Of a stretch of DNA of 45,154 nucleotides, positions 20,664 through 31,911 are shown one piece after another. This DNA comes from Dicyema japonicum (taxonomy: Eukaryota; Animalia; Dicyemida), in NCBI GenBank assembly GCA_011109175.1, contig RDEW01000024.1, forward strand, positions 856,656 to 901,809, given 5' to 3'. How positions within the stretch are numbered: the first letter of the stretch is position 1; each line of letters starts with the position of its first letter. The notes beneath the pieces are model-generated. The model made no database searches and was not told where the DNA came from. It saw nothing but the letters and a program-made list of their open reading frames with translations. A program made the translations under genes and the position numbers.

Positions 20664-23600
20664 AATTAAATAATCTCGAGTTAAAAATTTTTACGCCTTT
20701 CTGTTTTGTAATTTTGTCATCATGTTGTGTTTACTTTTTTTCATAAAAATTCAAAAATAAGGCAAGTGAGGTTAAACTCCTATGTTAATAGAGCACAATA
20801 GATAGAATTAAGGTAGTGGTAGGTTTAGGAAATGGTTAGGATTAGGTAATGATTTGGAGTAGTAGATGGTTAGGGTTATGATGTAATTGGTTAAATTAGT
20901 GGTTAGGGTATTTTTTTTAATTTATTTAACCCAAGACCACGGTAAAATCAAACTAATTATCAGGTGATCCCTATGCATTCTAACAGAGACTCATCTTCGC
21001 TCGGAAGTGTATGGTTTAATTAGGATCAAGATAGGGGATTTAATGAATAATTTCTATTATTATAATATTTATTTTTTATAAGTTTATTTAAAATAATAAC
21101 TTATAGTTTCATTTTAGAACAATTACTATGTGGCGTTTTATTCCTCAACACTTGCTTAAATACGATTTTTGAAATTGAGATTTCAATTTTTATGAAACGT
21201 CACCTGTCAAACTAAACTGTCATGTTACAAGGTTAAAGTGCAACGGCTAAAATTGTAGTAATCTGCATGGAGCGCGACAGTGACCAAAGAATTTCAAGTT
21301 TCTATTTTGACGTTGGATTGCTTACTGAGAAGTTGCTGGCAGAATTATTATCCGTTCGGATCGAATTTGAACAATCTATTGAGAATTTATCTTGTCTAGA
21401 AGAAGTTAAACACTTCAGACTCTTCTCGTGACGTTAAAAGATCTGCTATTTTGTTGGTTGTACTTCTTTATCAGGGAATGATGGATAATGAATAATTCTC
21501 ATTTTCGGGGGTTTATTATGAGACATGGGCTGCTCGTTACATTTTCTGGCCTTGAAAAATTTTTTTGATTATACGACATTTATTTTTTATATACGATTTC
21601 TATCGTGATTAATATTTAGATTATTTTTATTATTTTATTGCAGCAAATATTTAATTTTTTATAGCGGCAAACATAAATTTCTGTAGTGTGATATGGTGGA
21701 AGGTTGTTTTGTTTTAATGGGTTTTTAAAAGACTGCGTGGAATATGAATTTATAAAAGATGCTTTGGATATAACTTCCCCGAAAATTTTCTGAGGCACAG
21801 AAAATATAGGCTTCTTAAGAGATAGAGAATTTCTTAATTATCAATGAAAGGTATTGTAAATGTGCAATAAATGTATGGACTGTATCTTAAAGTTACTGAT
21901 CCCAGGCAAGTCAAATCTCTGGATTTGACTCCGAAATGGAGCTCGTGGCGTATTACAGAGATTTAACTCGGAGAATTAAATAAAATTGACTATGATTGTA
22001 GTCAAAGATAATCACTCTCGAGATTGAGAAATCAAAAAAGTCATTCAAAATTGTGAAGTTTGCAAATTTCCACCTACCTTAAAATTTTAAGATTTTTTAA
22101 TAGTAGATTGAAGATATAAATCACCACATGTTTGCTTCTTGTCCGAATATACGTTTCAGATAGATTTTAGAGATTTTAAAAAAATTTTCATGGTAAATCA
22201 AAATTTCAAATGGAGTTGACGGTAATTGACATATATAGTAGGTTGGCTTTTTAAAACATTTTTTATAGATTCGTATTTGCAGTTATTTCAAACATCAAAC
22301 ATATTCACTGATAGCCTAACAATCTTCGAGAAAGGGATAGTCGAAAGATTCAATTAAACGATAATGAGAAAGCTGTCAAAAATGCTGGATAACAGTGAAA
22401 TAAGTTGTTTGATAAATTAGAAAGTTAGTGTACAGTTATAACATATATGTCCATTAATTTATTTAAAAAAGTCTTAAATTCGAAAAGCAAAGACTGTGTA
22501 GAGCTAAACTTTTAGAAGATTTTCAATTATTGAGGAATGAAAATTCTTCTTTCAAATGTGTTTTATATGTTAATAAGGATGCATAATGACTTAATGTTTA
22601 ATTTTTAAATTCTGGAAGAAATTGTGTAATACTGAACGTATCTCTATTTCTGTTTCTGAACCATGAACCATCTGTCATTGTTTGACGCTATGTCGCTACA
22701 TAAATCTCTTTCTCTGTTACAGATAAAAAAGAAAATTAAGGCATGAATGAATAGCCTTCCATTTGTTGATTATTAATGAAATCACTTCTAATCGAATGAT
22801 TGCTCCTCTTGCCGCTGTTATTTTAAACATTACCTCAACCTTTACATGATTTATTGCTAATGTTGTTTAAGAATTTTTATGATGCTTAGTCCATTCCTGT
22901 CAGAATTTTTCATTTTTCCATTGTTATGTGGACGTAGATTTAGATTTTTTACATGACAGACACCTACAATTTAAATTCTCTTTATTTAATAAAAAGTGTA
23001 GTAATTAATGACTAACTGCTTGGATATATTTTTCGATAAAAACAAAATCATATACGATTAAAAATTGAAGTTATAAGCAAATCCTAATAAATCAGATCTA
23101 CATTTCTATTAATTCTATTGAATTGGAAAGATTTTTGTTTTTCTAGCATAAGGGTTTATTTTGCAACCATTCAAAACGATGCACATTTCTTCACATATTG
23201 TTGTGCTTAGGAAGTAACGTAACCGCTATAAAAATGGTGGAATAATTTTGATGTGTTTTACCAATTCCTGAAATAAAAAAACAACATTACTTTAGAAATA
23301 AATCAATATATATATATATATTTTTAAAAATTTATTTAAATAAAGAACATATTATTATGGAACGTGCCGTCGAGACTTTATGGTCCAGTCACTCGATCGA
23401 TACTTGCTTGTGTGGGAGGTCGAGGTAAGAGCATCGGGCCAAAATGAGATCCCTGCTAGAGCGTGCTAGGATCACATGATTATATAGTTTGTGTAACCGT
23501 GGTCTTTGTGTTATTACTATAACTAATTGACTGGGGAGAAATTAAGGAATGCTCTTCATTTCTATATTTTTTTTGTTGTTTGTAAGTCCTTTATAGACGA

Positions 23601-23667
23601 TCCGGTTCCGTAATTAAATGTTCACTGGTATCACACGTCAAGACAAAAAATCGTGGATGCGTGGAAG

Positions 23668-24426
23668 ATTCGACCATAATGTATAGCAGCGAGATTCGAA
23701 CTACGGGCCAGGCTTCTTTCCCTGAATCCGTTACATTGCACCACCTAAACATTTTATTAGATTATTAAGAGAATCAGTTCGCATTTGGAATTAGTAGATT
23801 ATTAAGTCAATTTTCTATCTTTGATTTAATTAAATTCAAAATTTCTAACATAAAATTCAAAATTTACTTTCTTCATATTAAATATAATTTCATCAAAAAT
23901 AGCATCATCTATTGATACAAACAAATATGATTTCAAAGCGAACGCGATCTATTATACCTAAACATTTAAACTACAAATTTCGCAATAATTTGAATCCACA
24001 TGTATTGTCATCTAAAATTGATAAATGAATACATCGAATAAGCTATCTAGAGGCGTTAAAACACTATTTTAATATAAATGAATTACTATCAGCCTCTCCA
24101 AAATTAATCAAGTTATTAAAAATAAAAATACCATAGAAAAATCCGAAAAATTAATAATTTACAGAATAATTCTGACATTTTCGAAACTTTCCTCGTATTG
24201 AGTAAGATTACATAATTATGTTCAATAATTTAACTCGAAAAATTAATAATTTATCGAACCAGCATAACATATATTGGAGTAGAATAACATTTCGAAATCT
24301 AAATAATCTAAAATAAATCAATAAAACCTCTATCGTTTTTGAATGTCGTTGACTTCAACTGTTTTTTCCATTTTTTAGATTTTTGATGATGCAGTAGGTT
24401 ATAAATTTAATAATATAAAATCAAAG
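23668..24426. other. 759-bp segment present only in the left arm
   Basis: The right arm joins ...GAACTAGTTAG-CTT-CCACGCATCC at 34973-34975; in the left arm the segment is bounded by AAG (23665-23667) and AAG (24424-24426). Confidence 0.9.
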
Positions 24427-25093
24427 CTAACTAGTTCAGCTAATAAACAGACTTTGACAAATAAGTTTTAATCCTGTCACATAATCAATGTTAAGTTTCG
24501 ACTTTGAATTATTTTGGGTCAAAAAACTGAATAGCTATGTTGAAAAAATATAAACTACATGTCTCCAATATAAAGAAATTTTTCCATCTGTCGAGAATTC
24601 TGAATCAAAAAAAATACTCTACTTGTTAAAAAAATTTTCCAATTTTCTTCAGTGTATATAAAATCAGGATGAACAGCTTGGATTTCAAAAATAAAAAAGA
24701 ATATTTTATCAGTCCGTGCAAGAGATTCTTTTTTGGGTAGCGCACAAGCAGCATCAATAGGGAATGTCTTAAACAATTTTGGATAACTGTGGATGAGTTT
24801 CTTCAGTATCTCTCGGTCTCTTCTTTATCGTATTGACCCAAACATGAAAACCTAACACTTTATTCTCTTACCAGGCCGAGAAAATCGCTTTTTTTATACC
24901 TCCCAAGAAGTCGATCAAACATATGGTAGACTTTGTGGAAAAGCCCAGACACTTTTCTTTGGATTTTAAACTTCGAATAAGAATTTCGAAAGTAATTACC
25001 TCTTAATTTGATTAATCTTTTTATTTTAAACCTAAAGTCTCCAATAAGTTTTAATTATGAGAACAAAAAATATTAAAGAAAATATCGTTAATA

Positions 25094-27491
25094 TTAGTGA
25101 TTCGAAACATAATTCTAAAATAATAAGAAAAATACATTATAAGATTCTTTAACGTCAATGGCACATTCTTGTAGATTCTTGATATTTGATAGCGAAGCCA
25201 AAGTTTCAATTTTGCTGAAGACATTTTTAGACATCATCATTGGGATGAATATTTGTGCTACTAAATCAACAAATAGTACGTTCATAGTAAACCATTCGAG
25301 AAAATTCCCAAATGGCCCAAAACCATAGTCTTTGGTCTAATTCCTCATTTAAAAGGTTTACAAGTGAATCAATAGATCTTTTGTTAAATGATATCTTACC
25401 GATAATATCCGATATAAAGTAATGTCCCATATTATCATTTGAACATGAAGCAATTGTATCAATAATATATTCAGACACGGTTTTATTTTCTGTATCAAAA
25501 TAATCAAAAATCTTCATATCTTCAGTAGAGTCACTCATTATGTTTGATAAAGCATTGCAGATGGCAATTATTGATATGTGTCCAAGTATCGCCAAAGACG
25601 TAGTCCCTATTAAAATTACACAAAACACACAATAAATAGGTAATCAATCCACTATTCCGAACCAGAGGTCGAATTTTCTCGAATTTAGTTAGATTTTCGA
25701 TATTAAAAAAAACTGGAAGTAGAAAGTAATCATGCAAAATAATATAATTTTTAGGAAACTGTTTAAAGAAGTCTAGAATAAGATCAATCCCTCCCAATTC
25801 AACAAACAAAGTGGCATTGTCGTTGTTTGCATCTGACAGATAATGTAAACCAAAATCACCTAAAAGATACCACAAAATTCTCCAAGCCACATTACAGTAA
25901 GGAAAAGCTATTAGTTCTTTGTATTTTTTAATATGATTCACGATTGACTAAATCGAAATAAACGATACCTCGATTGATCCGTAAAATCCCAAATAAGACA
26001 AAACCTCAATACTTTGACTCTTCATTGGAAGATACAATACATCATCACTCTCGATAATTCTTCAATGTGCGTGTGAACATCCCTGACGAATGTTTGAGTG
26101 AAAAATGAAAAAGACAAAATCTAAAATGAGCAAGCAAAATACAAAATTTGATAACTCCCAAGGTTTTATGCAACTCATAATTTCGCATAATATATTCTGA
26201 ACTGAAAAAAATATAAAAATGTGACTACCGTATGATGACAACAATGTGCTTCTAAAGTAACAAGGATAGCTTCATAAATAAGGCTAAGTTAACATGGACT
26301 CAAACCATCGATAAGATTCAGATATGTTCATTCCATCGATTTCGGTATTTAAACAATACCTATCAAGTCAACGTACGCGATTACATGATTTGTAGAATAA
26401 CCTTAGTATTTTGTGATGTTTTCAACAAACGGCAGATAAACTAAAATATAATTTCAAATACCCTCAAAAATCGTTTATAAAGAGAAGGCCGAATTTCAGA
26501 GTCGCAGTCGTTAATATAATGTAAAGTAGAACAAAGCATCGCATCCTTATGTTCAAAGTGAAAAATTGAATTAACCAAATTATATATGAGTAAATTTGAT
26601 TCAATCTACAATTATTATTAATAATATTACATTGTCATTATTTTTAAAAAATTGCGATATTTTTTGGAAGCAAAATGTGTCAATCTTGTGTTTCAACAGT
26701 TCTCTAATTGTTACCTAGCAAAATACGGTTTTAGTAATCCATAATCAATCAAGAATCCTGACAAATCAAAGAATTCTAAATTAGTGGCTAAATTTAATAA
26801 CGTTCTAAAATCACAGCTTAATTCATGCACATCTTTACTGTTTGTATACGAAAAATATCTTAATCTAACAAAATAAAAACCTTAGAGATCTGGGACTGGT
26901 AAGACTTTTGTTAAATTCTTCAAAATTGGATACCAGAACATTGTCAAAATTAATTCTTTCGAGTTCTATGATCAGTTTGATTGTGCAACTATAAATTTTA
27001 TTTGGACTACTTCTTTCAAGAAAGGAATCTGATAAAAGTTCTAGTGACCTAATTTCACTGAATCCGCTTTTAAATAGCAAATGAAGTAAAACTGGGTCAT
27101 CATATTCCAAAAGAGTGAAAAAATTGACATTATTTGGAAAATACTTCAGATAAGGCATATTCTCGGAAGATGAAATATAAGCCAACTTGATATTCGTTAA
27201 ATTTGGTAGGTTTTGGCACAAATTTGCTAGATCTTTAATATCAATTTGATTATTTGACAAATCAAGGCGGAAAATGTTGTAACATACTACTGTGAGTTTG
27301 CTTAATATTGAGAAATCATGCAAAACTGATAATATCTTTTGTGAATTTTGTGCTTTCAAATATTCTATTTCATAATGTATTCTTTTGTCAAACATCATCT
27401 TCGACTTTGAGCTTAATCCGCCATATTTCTTCATGTTAATGATTTTTCGATATTCATTAATGCAAAGTGCATACAATGAAGGAATTTGCAT
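25094..27491 (-). CDS. ZER1: ZER1/ZYG-11-family Cul2-Elongin BC substrate receptor (BC-box, LRR, ARM); 15 exons, predicted 689 aa
   Basis: N-terminal PSLYALC (BC-box-like) and LRRs (LDLSNNQ, LEFFDLSG). ARM matches: VAWRILWYLLDANNDNATLFVELGGIDLILDFFKQFP vs ZER1 VAWSxMWNVTDET..C..F...G......FP; RSIDSLVNLL..WFWAIWEF vs RSFEPILRLL..QHWAxWAL. Introns: 26859-26880, 26704-26726, 26606-26630, 26441-26461, 26360-26384, 26284-26305, 26197-26228, 26121-26142, 26018-26040, 25948-25968, 25833-25859, 25607-25628, 25258-25279, 25115-25135. Spliced length 2070 nt, no internal stop. Family-level call, not proven orthology. Confidence 0.85.
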
Positions 27492-28762
27492 TATGTTTAA
27501 AAATTATAGATTTTAAATTTAAAACCCAAATTAAAAAATTAATATAAAAATCCAGAATTAAAAAAATACTCTTATCTTTTTTACTATAAATTTTTCTTTA
27601 CACTTCGAGTCATCAATATTTTTTATTGTGATACATTGAAACACCAAATGGATGTTTTCCATCCTTTATGGTAGTTCTTGATCGATATTTATTATTTGTG
27701 ATGCTTCTGTCTCCGTGACAATGGGAACTTGATGCACTTAATTAGTTTCAAATTTGAGTAAAAATAGCAAAAATTAATCAAAATTGTATCCCGACAACAT
27801 AATTGACGTTTAGCTCTCTTTCATGATCACAATTGTGATAAATGAAGAAGCATTCTTAGTATCAATTCATCTCATATCGAAGACGATCAAATTGGCTGAG
27901 AAAAGGACGATGTAGAACACTTTGGGAAATACTCCACACAAAAATTGTTTCATATGTTAGGTAATCGAATTTGTAAGACGAATCCTGGATTTACAACACA
28001 CAAAGATGTTAGGGTTTACAAAGGTGTCATTTCTAAGAGCCCAAGTTTGGTATTCTCAATATAATTGATCAGATAATTTCTGTAGCACAAAAAACATGAC
28101 ATCCAGCTCTTCTTTAAACGTTAACTTTTATAGATGGTCTCGTCATAGCGCGTTTGCTTTTAATCTATTTAGTATCTTCTCTTCCTGTATGTGACTACTC
28201 TTTCCATAATCCTTGTAGACTTTAAGAGAAGATTCAATCACCTTTAAATATGGATTATCTCTCTGGTTTCAGACCTAAAAATTATGAACCAGAAGATAAA
28301 AATCTTGAGTAGTTTGAAATGCTGTTAGATTTGAAAGAAAACGTAAAAACTAAGAACAAGAGTTTTAAAGGTGTCCAGAGTAATCTAACACTTATTAAAG
28401 CTCAATGTTGTATGTATATGGCACCATAACTCGCGGATAAATGTACGGATTTTAATTTAAAAAAAAGTTATTAACAAATAAAAACAATGTCGAAAAAGTG
28501 AGTTAACCAGATATATTTGATCAATATCAACCTGTCATTTCAAAAACTCCACTTTAATCATTTCTGGGTACTAATACAAAATCTCAAAGATCCGAGAGAT
28601 AGGTGATAATGAGAAACAGTCCATGTGGCATAAACAATCAAATCTTAATATTTTTAAACTGCTAAACACTTTTCTTACAAATGGAATATTAAAATACTTA
28701 ATAGTCACCTAAGCACTTATAATCAAACTAGACACCTGTGTTATCGTATCACATATATACGT

Positions 28763-28920
28763 AAATTTGACTAAAAATAGCAAAAATCAATCAAAATTGT
28801 ATCCCGACAACATAATTGATGGTTAGCTCTCTCTCATGATCCCAATTGTGATAAATGAAGAAGCCACTGAGTATCAATTCATCTCATATCGAAGACAATC
28901 AAATTGGCGGAGAAAAGGAC
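28763..28920 (+). repeat. Extra copy, in the spacer, of the sequence upstream of the ZER1-like gene
   Basis: Direct repeat of 27750-27908 and inverted repeat of 31495-31652. Confidence 0.9.
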
Positions 28921-31911
28921 TTTAACAAGTATATAAATTCTGGCTGTGGAGGTCCAGGAGAGACTCAGCGTTGTTTGTCAAATAATCGAAGCTCGCGGCA
29001 GACCCTAGACCACATACACGCGGAACGTGCGCAGGTGTCTTTGCACCCACCTTTGAGACGTCTGTTTCTTTTGCGCGACTCTAGGAATCTAGGGAATCTG
29101 ATTTCTACACAATCAAGAGACCTTTGTGAGCACAGCTAGTTATATGAGCGAATCTCGCCGCCACGCAGAAAGGGCGGCCGTTATATGACCATTTTTTAAC
29201 TTTTATCAAAATAAATTGATTTATTTCTTTGAACTTATCTAATATTGAAAGTACTGAAGGAGAATGGACAGGGAGTTATTTTAACATTTTACGTTTAATA
29301 TTGAGACGATTATCAAATAGTTAAAATTAAATAAATATAATTTAAAAATAATATCAATTGGTGTGTTGATGGCGACAATCTATATAGGTTTTTGATAAGA
29401 CAATTCCCAGTCACAGAGAGCCTATCGTTTTACAAAAGTGAGTGAGAACACGAGTGATGAAAATATTGATAACTTTTGGAAAATAGAATGTTTCCCAAGT
29501 TTTGGGAAAGTAAACACAATTTTACAACATTTATAGAAAATCTATCATTAAATTTATGTTCGCACGTAGTCACCGGAACCTTAATGAAGCGTTTAGGGAT
29601 AAAATGTTGTCAGAGATGTCCTTAGTCTCTCTTTGACCACAAAGATTTTGTAAAATCTCAAAAAAATTGAACCCGATTATAATTTTTTATCTGAATACCA
29701 TAGTAGTACTATACATGCTGACATTGCTCTATCTTTTTGACAATTTAAGGTAAATTAAAATAAAATATAAAAATTGACTATTCAAAATAGAATAACCAAC
29801 AAACGGAAAGATATACATCCCCCGTTTTTAAAGTTATGGACTCTACATTTGGTTTGTATTATTGCTTCTAAGAACTGCGACGAATTGCAAATACGTGTCT
29901 TTTAAAGGTCGTGTAAAATATAAAATATGAACCACAAAGTAAGCCTTGTCTGCAAAAAAGAAGGGACCATTAAATATGCAATTTTTTTTCTAGCCACTTT
30001 TTCAAAAAAGAATTAGAAGATTTATATTTCTCACTAATATCGTTATTACTGTGTATAGATTGGTCAACTGGTGACACTACAAACTAGAATGTATGTTGGG
30101 GGAGGTGTAGAAAAAGGTTAAAAAGCAATAATCTTTGGAGATAGTGTTCTGGTATGAATTTACTAATCAATTAGAAAGTAGAAATGTGAAACATTATCTA
30201 ACCCTCTATTGCAGAGAGAACTTGAGTAAAATAGGTGACAAACCATCATTGCATTAATATTATTGGATGGGTGCTTGTGAAAGAAATGCGAGAATTATTG
30301 GAAACAATCTGATGACTTGAGAATAAATATACGGACATATAGAAAATGTTGATCACATTGTATTAGTTGTATCAATGAGGACAATAGACCTACGCAAGTC
30401 AAAATCTAATAATCGAGTGAGGAGAATAAATAAAACAGATCAGAGATAAAATATAAAAAGTTTTATATTGACATTGAGAGGTTAACCGAATGGATGATAT
30501 CCCACTAACGTTTATCGACTATATACGAAATGGTCTGTGTTGAATAAAATTCTAAAATTCTGAAATTACTGGCATAATTTTTGACATAACAACTATTTGA
30601 GAAAAGAAAAATTGAAAGTTTAAGAAGAGAAGAATTGGAACAGGGGCGAGGAGAAGGTATTAACTAATGCCTTGGATAGTCAAAACTTTAATATTAAAAG
30701 TTCCTTTACAGAGTTTTGTCATGATTTATTGAAGAAGACTGCATCATAGGTGTTAGAACAAAGAGAGAGGATTAATGGAAGAGACAAGATATCAATCATT
30801 AACGACAACATATTTTGTTATCACCGAAAGATTAATTAAAGACAATTTTTTCCAATGTTCCCGCCGATAACACGAACACTCTGATACAAAAGTCAATAAA
30901 AATGACTAAAGCTGTTCCAGGACATGTGAATAACTTCCAAGACACTGTCACATACGGCTAAGTGGAACGACGTACAAAGGTGGAGATATCCCCCTTTTAC
31001 CAGCTGTGGAATCTGAATTTGGTTTGGATTATTGGTTCGTTCGAACACATGAGATTTTCAAAAGATGTCCATATTACTAAGCGGATGCACCATTAGCGTA
31101 TGAAATTGATGAAAATGATAAAATACATGACAAATTCGATGACGTTTTTGCATGTTGAAAATAATCTTGTTCTCAAAATGGGTAAGGATTATGGAAAGAG
31201 TAGTCACATACAGGAAGAGAAGATGACTAAAGTAGATTTAAAAGCAAACGCGCTATGACGAGACCACCTATAAAAGTAAACGTTTATAGAAGAGCTGGAT
31301 GTCATGTTTTTTGTGCTACAGAAATTATCTGATCAAGTATATTGAGAATAATCCAAACTTGGGCTCTTAGAAATTATACCTTTGTATACACTAACATCTT
31401 TGTGTGCTGTAGATCCAGGATTCGTCTTACAAAATCGATTACCTAACATATGAAACAATTTTTGTGTGGACTATTTCAAAAAGTGTTCCATCTCGTCCTT
31501 TTCTCAGCCAATTTGATCGTCTTCGATATGATCTGACTTGATACTCAGTGGCTTCTTCATTTATCACAATTGTGATTATGAAAGAGAGCTAAACGTCACT
31601 TATGTTGTCGGGATACAATTTTGATTAATTTTTGCTATTTTTACTCAAATTTAAAACAAATTAAGTGCATCAAGTTCCATTGTCACAGAAACAGAAGCAT
31701 CACAAATAATAAATATCACCAAGAACCACCATATAGGATGGAAGACATCCATTTGGTGTTTCAATGCATCACAATAAAAAAAATATTGATGACTCGAAGT
31801 GCTTAAAGAAAAATTTAAAGTAAAATAGATAAGAATATTTTTTTAATTCTGGATTTTTATATTAATTTTTTAATTTGGTTTTAAATTTTAAATCTATAAT
31901 TTTTAAACATA

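Larger units (their letters stand above)
18286..28214 (-). repeat. Left arm of a large inverted duplication (~9.9 kb)
   Basis: Reverse complement of 31184-40334. Coordinate sums are ~59400 for the inner part and ~58620-58650 beyond the 759-bp indel. Outer junction TTCATTCG/CGAATGAA; inner junction CCATAATCCTT/AAGGATTATGG. Confidence 0.97.

Noticed and set aside
22100-23300. Possible decayed gene with mini-introns in both arms (e.g. GTAATGTTGTTTTTTATTTCAG)
   Set aside because: No consistent frame could be rebuilt in either arm and no family was recognised.
23692-23743. tRNA-like A box (TGGTGCAATG) and B box (AGTTCGAATCT) on the minus strand
   Set aside because: Spacing is roughly right, but no acceptor stem or cloverleaf forms; at most a decayed SINE head.
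25378-25399. 22-nt GTAAGA...AG block that looks like an intron
   Set aside because: Removing it creates a stop, while reading through gives ISFNKRSIDSLVNLL, which aligns with the ZER1 INYRSFEPILRLL motif.
26865-26880. 16-nt intron option GTTTTTATTTTGTTAG in the ZER1-like gene
   Set aside because: It also restores the frame, but the next acceptor gives 22 nt, which fits the local size range and a better LRR (SLRYFSY). A 16-nt intron cannot be claimed without cDNA.
30110-30500. KAIIFGDSVL, a possible SGNH/ORF1 motif of a LINE
   Set aside because: A single short motif in a stop-riddled region; not enough support.
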